From Candidatus Harrisonbacteria bacterium (GTDB lineage Bacteria > Patescibacteriota > Minisyncoccia > UBA6257 > 1-14-0-10-40-38): a stretch of 64,000 nt of DNA. Below the pieces are notes generated by a model, which was given only the letters and a program-made list of their open reading frames with translations, was not told the origin of the DNA and searched no databases. Shown in pieces: positions 60,794 to 64,000 of this stretch. Position 1 is the stretch's first letter. Each line of letters opens with the position of its first letter. The stretch spans positions 131,517 to 195,516 of the forward strand of contig JAHFLD010000002.1 of assembly GCA_023245035.1 (NCBI GenBank). The letters run 5' to 3'. Both the position numbers and the translations under genes were made by a program.

Positions 60794-61891
60794 CTAACGG
60801 CTTTGATTAAGTATTTCAATGCCGGGCAATTTTTTGCCCGCGAGAAACTCCAGCATGGCGCCGCCACCGGTAGAAACAAGATCAAAAGATGAATCCAATT
60901 TAAGACTCCGCACTAGCGCGGTTGTTTCGCCCCCGCCAACAATTGAGTAGGAGTCGGAATTGGCGATGGCGCGAGCGAGTGCGATGGAGCCTTCGGCAAA
61001 ACGCGGATCTTCAAAAATTCCCATGGCGCCGTTCCAAACAACGGTTTTGGCTTGAGAGAGAATTTCGCCGAAGGCTTTGACGCTACGCGGGCCAATATCG
61101 CGGATTTTTTCCTCATCCCAAATGAAGTCTGTCGGCAAGATGAGTTTGGGGTTGGAGGCTATTTTTTTGGCGGCGGGAAGCAAGTCTAAATCCAGCGGCG
61201 AAGCTTTAACCTCCCGACCCAAAGCGGCCAGCAGAGTATTCCCAAGAACACCACCGACGAGCACGGCATCGGCAAGCTTGAGCATCGCCTCGGCGAAAGC
61301 CAGTTTTTCCGGAACCTTGGCGCCGCCAAGCAAAACTAACAGCGGGCGTTTTGGTTTTTGCAGAATACTGCCGAGAGCCTTGATTTCGGCCGCGAGTTGC
61401 AGACCGCAATATGATGGCAATAATTTAGGTAAGGTTGCGATTGAGGCATGGGCGCGATGACTGGCGGCAAAATCGTCGTTAACGTAGCCGTCGCCGAGTG
61501 TCGCCAAATTTTTGGCAAAGGTTGGATCGTTTCTTTCTTCGCCCGCGGAAAAGCGAAGGTTTTCCAGCAAAAAGAGACGGTGAGAGCTGGCGCGAAGCAA
61601 GTGGCGAATATTAGGAAAGTCAAAATCAGAAAAAAACGCCGGACGAATTCCCAGATGGCGCCCTAAAAACGGAAGGATGATTTTTAGACTCAAGGAATTG
61701 ACCGGTTGTTTGGGCCGGCCGCGATGAGCGAGGAGGACAACCCGACCGCCACGATCCAAAATAAAGCGGATAGTCGGCAGGGCGGAGAAGAGGCGAAAAT
61801 CCTCACTTGAATCTTGAACGTCAAAGCTCGAGCGGACCAGCCAAGCGCGTCCCATGATGTCGCCATGACTCAAATCGTGTAAGTATCGCAC
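60794..61891 (-). CDS. pgk: Phosphoglycerate kinase
   Basis: LLENLRF, HRAHAS, GGAK, WNG.MG.FE, STGGGA.LE. Confidence 0.95.
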   Translation of the reverse strand: MRYLHDLSHGDIMGRAWLVRSSFDVQDSSEDFRLFSALPTIRFILDRGGRVVLLAHRGRPKQPVNSLSLKIILPFLGRHLGIRPAFFSDFDFPNIRHLLRASSHRLFLLENLRFSAGEERNDPTFAKNLATLGDGYVNDDFAASHRAHASIATLPKLLPSYCGLQLAAEIKALGSILQKPKRPLLVLLGGAKVPEKLAFAEAMLKLADAVLVGGVLGNTLLAALGREVKASPLDLDLLPAAKKIASNPKLILPTDFIWDEEKIRDIGPRSVKAFGEILSQAKTVVWNGAMGIFEDPRFAEGSIALARAIANSDSYSIVGGGETTALVRSLKLDSSFDLVSTGGGAMLEFLAGKKLPGIEILNQSR

Positions 61892-62087
61892 TGGATTATT
61901 ATAGCAGAGAGGTGCTAGCCGATTATTAATCTCCGGCTGATTTAAGAATCATAGAGAGAATCAAAAAAATAAGCGTGAAGAGGCATCTGGCAATTAATCA
62001 AAGGCGGCGTAGCCTTGCATCGAATAAGAGACGCTGTGCTTGCTTAGGGTTTGCCGGATAATGGATTTGTGTTAATTTGGCTATCAT

Positions 62088-63083
62088 ATGAAACTTGCCA
62101 TGGGAATCGTGGGTTTGCCGAACGTCGGCAAGTCCACGCTTTTTAAGATTTTGACCGCCAAGCCAGTCATGATCGCCAATTATCCTTTTTGCACCATTGA
62201 CCCGAATGTGGGAGTGGTAACCGTGCCCGACGAACGAGTCGCGCGACTCGCTAAGCTTTCCAATTCTAAAAAAACCGTGCCGGCGGTAATGGAATTTTTT
62301 GACATTGCGGGACTCGTGCGCGGCGCTTCCAAAGGCGAGGGCTTGGGCAATGCTTTTTTGTCGCATATTAAAGAGGTAACCGCGATAACGCATGTGGTGC
62401 GGATTTTTGAAAGTACGGAGATTACTCATGTGGAAAATAGCCTAAATCCGATTCGAGACATTGAAATTATTAACGCCGAACTGATTTTTAAGGATTTGGA
62501 TTTGGTAGAGAAGCGCTTGAAGCGAGCCGAAGCAGAGGCAAAAACCGGACAAAAAGCGGCGCAGAAGGATGCCGAAGTTTTGAAAAAAATGCTCGTAAAA
62601 TTAAACGAAGGGTCGCTGATTACGGAGTTCGCCGATGAGCCGGTGGCGCGAGAGATGCAACTTTTAACGACCAAGAAGCAAATTTTTCTTTTGAACGGCA
62701 ACGAGTCGGAGGTAACGCCAGAACTCCGGCAAAAAATCGCCTCCCTCGGCGCGGAATACGTGGTAGCGAACTTGGGTGAGGCGGAGGCTTTGCCGGAATT
62801 AATTACGGGGGCGTACCGAACGCTGAACTTAATCAGTTTTTTAACAACCGGCGAGGATGAGACACGGGCCTGGACGATACGCCAAGGAGAGACGGCGCCG
62901 CAGGCGGCCGGAGCAATTCATAGCGATTTTGAGAAAAAGTTTATTCGCGCCGAGGTGGTTTTTTGGGAGGATCTGATTAATGCCGGCGGTTGGGCGCAGG
63001 CGCGGCAAAAAGGTGTTTTGCGAACCGAGGGGAAGGGATATGTGGTGAGGGATGGAGATGTAATGGAAATCAAGCACGGGTAG
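62088..63083 (+). CDS. ychF: Ribosome-binding ATPase YchF
   Basis: GLPNVGKST, NYPFCTIDPN, DIAGLV.GAS.GEGLGN. Confidence 0.96.
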   Translation: MKLAMGIVGLPNVGKSTLFKILTAKPVMIANYPFCTIDPNVGVVTVPDERVARLAKLSNSKKTVPAVMEFFDIAGLVRGASKGEGLGNAFLSHIKEVTAITHVVRIFESTEITHVENSLNPIRDIEIINAELIFKDLDLVEKRLKRAEAEAKTGQKAAQKDAEVLKKMLVKLNEGSLITEFADEPVAREMQLLTTKKQIFLLNGNESEVTPELRQKIASLGAEYVVANLGEAEALPELITGAYRTLNLISFLTTGEDETRAWTIRQGETAPQAAGAIHSDFEKKFIRAEVVFWEDLINAGGWAQARQKGVLRTEGKGYVVRDGDVMEIKHG

Positions 63084-63151
63084 ATTTTTACCACCGCATC
63101 TTTTTTTGATTTAGAGCTACAAGCCAACTCCTTTGTGGTATAATTTTAGGC

Positions 63152-63547
63152 ATGGAATCACCGTCCGAAAAACACGCGGCGTTGGAGCGTGATATTCAAG
63201 ATTTGAAGATTGAAATTCACGGGCGAAGCGCCGAGGGCAAGCCCGAGCGCGAGGTTCTGCGTCAAATTGTGGGTGAGCGCTTGAGTCCGCTGCCGCCATT
63301 GTCCAATCAATCAAGCAATAAAACTTCGACCGCTTCCCAAAAATCCGTCTTGCCATCCTACTTGGCTTCGGAGGATCCAATGACGCGACTTAAAGTAGAG
63401 GAGTTGGTTGACTTGGCTTTACATAAGGGGCTAGCCGAAGCGGTTAAACAGGCAAAGAAATCGGCGCCACTCGTACTGGACGGCTTTCATGACGCCATCA
63501 CCGATACGCTTTATGAGGAGTTCAAAAAGCGAGGGCTTTTGAAATAA
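63152..63547 (+). CDS. Conserved hypothetical protein
   Basis: LV.LA..KGL..AV......LD.FHD. Confidence 0.75.
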   Translation: MESPSEKHAALERDIQDLKIEIHGRSAEGKPEREVLRQIVGERLSPLPPLSNQSSNKTSTASQKSVLPSYLASEDPMTRLKVEELVDLALHKGLAEAVKQAKKSAPLVLDGFHDAITDTLYEEFKKRGLLK

Positions 63548-64000
63548 ATGCTACAGATTCTTGTCTATTCCGGTTTGGTGGTCCTGGCACTTTTCGGCGG
63601 TGGTTATTTTTTCTTAAACTCATGGCGGAGGAAAAATTTAGCTGAGGATCTTAATCTGCGTCTGCTTTTGGTGCGTTTACCGAGAGATCCGGCGGAGGGG
63701 AGCGGGGCAAAGGATCCACTTCGTGAAATCGCGATTTCCGGTCAGTTTTTTAACGCGTTATTGGGAATGAAGAAGCGTTTCGTGCTGGAACTAGCGGTGC
63801 ATAACATCGGTGAGGAGATTAAGTTTTATTGCGCCGTGCCGGCCAACAATGAGGAGGCGGTGGCAAAATATATTCGAGCGCTCTGGCCGGGAGCTCAAGT
63901 TAATCATGCCGACGATTACACTGTGTTTGGCGGTGCTGGTTCGATTAAGACGGCAACACTCACGCAAAAAGAGCATTTTGCTCTGCCACTCAAGACTTAC
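63548..64000 (+). CDS. Partial N-terminus of a membrane-anchored protein, possibly a VirD4/HerA-like ATPase
   Basis: Hand translation, open to window end: TM helix then LELAV..IGEEIKFY.AVP. Confidence 0.55.
   Translation, partial: MLQILVYSGLVVLALFGGGYFFLNSWRRKNLAEDLNLRLLLVRLPRDPAEGSGAKDPLREIAISGQFFNALLGMKKRFVLELAVHNIGEEIKFYCAVPANNEEAVAKYIRALWPGAQVNHADDYTVFGGAGSIKTATLTQKEHFALPLKTY

Overview
This 64-kb window is bacterial chromosome that looks like Patescibacteria/CPR (Parcubacteria-like). That assignment is an inference from compact housekeeping genes, CPR-style hypothetical families, type IV pilus genes and typical palindromic repeats. It carries housekeeping genes (typA, aspS, ndk, lepA, valS, prfB, ftsEX, fmt, def, rplI, rpmA, rnhA, pgk, ychF, sod), four tRNAs, RNase P RNA, a pilus/T2SS cluster, a 1804-aa FN3 surface protein, an AT-rich AlwI-type restriction-modification island next to tRNA-Gln, and two GIY-YIG nuclease genes tied to repeats. 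The most striking feature is three separate non-coding arrays (9703-10056 +, 21802-22165 -, 51353-51668 +), each with its own sigma70-like promoter and terminator. Together they hold 13 stem-loop units. Every unit has the layout stem-ACT-N10-TGT-hairpin-ACT-N10-TGT-stem, giving 26 distinct spacers. This resembles TIGR stem-loop dual-spacer guide arrays, but no Tas/Nop-domain effector is recognisable in the window. Also present are candidate structured ncRNAs and nested families of small palindromic or MITE-like elements.
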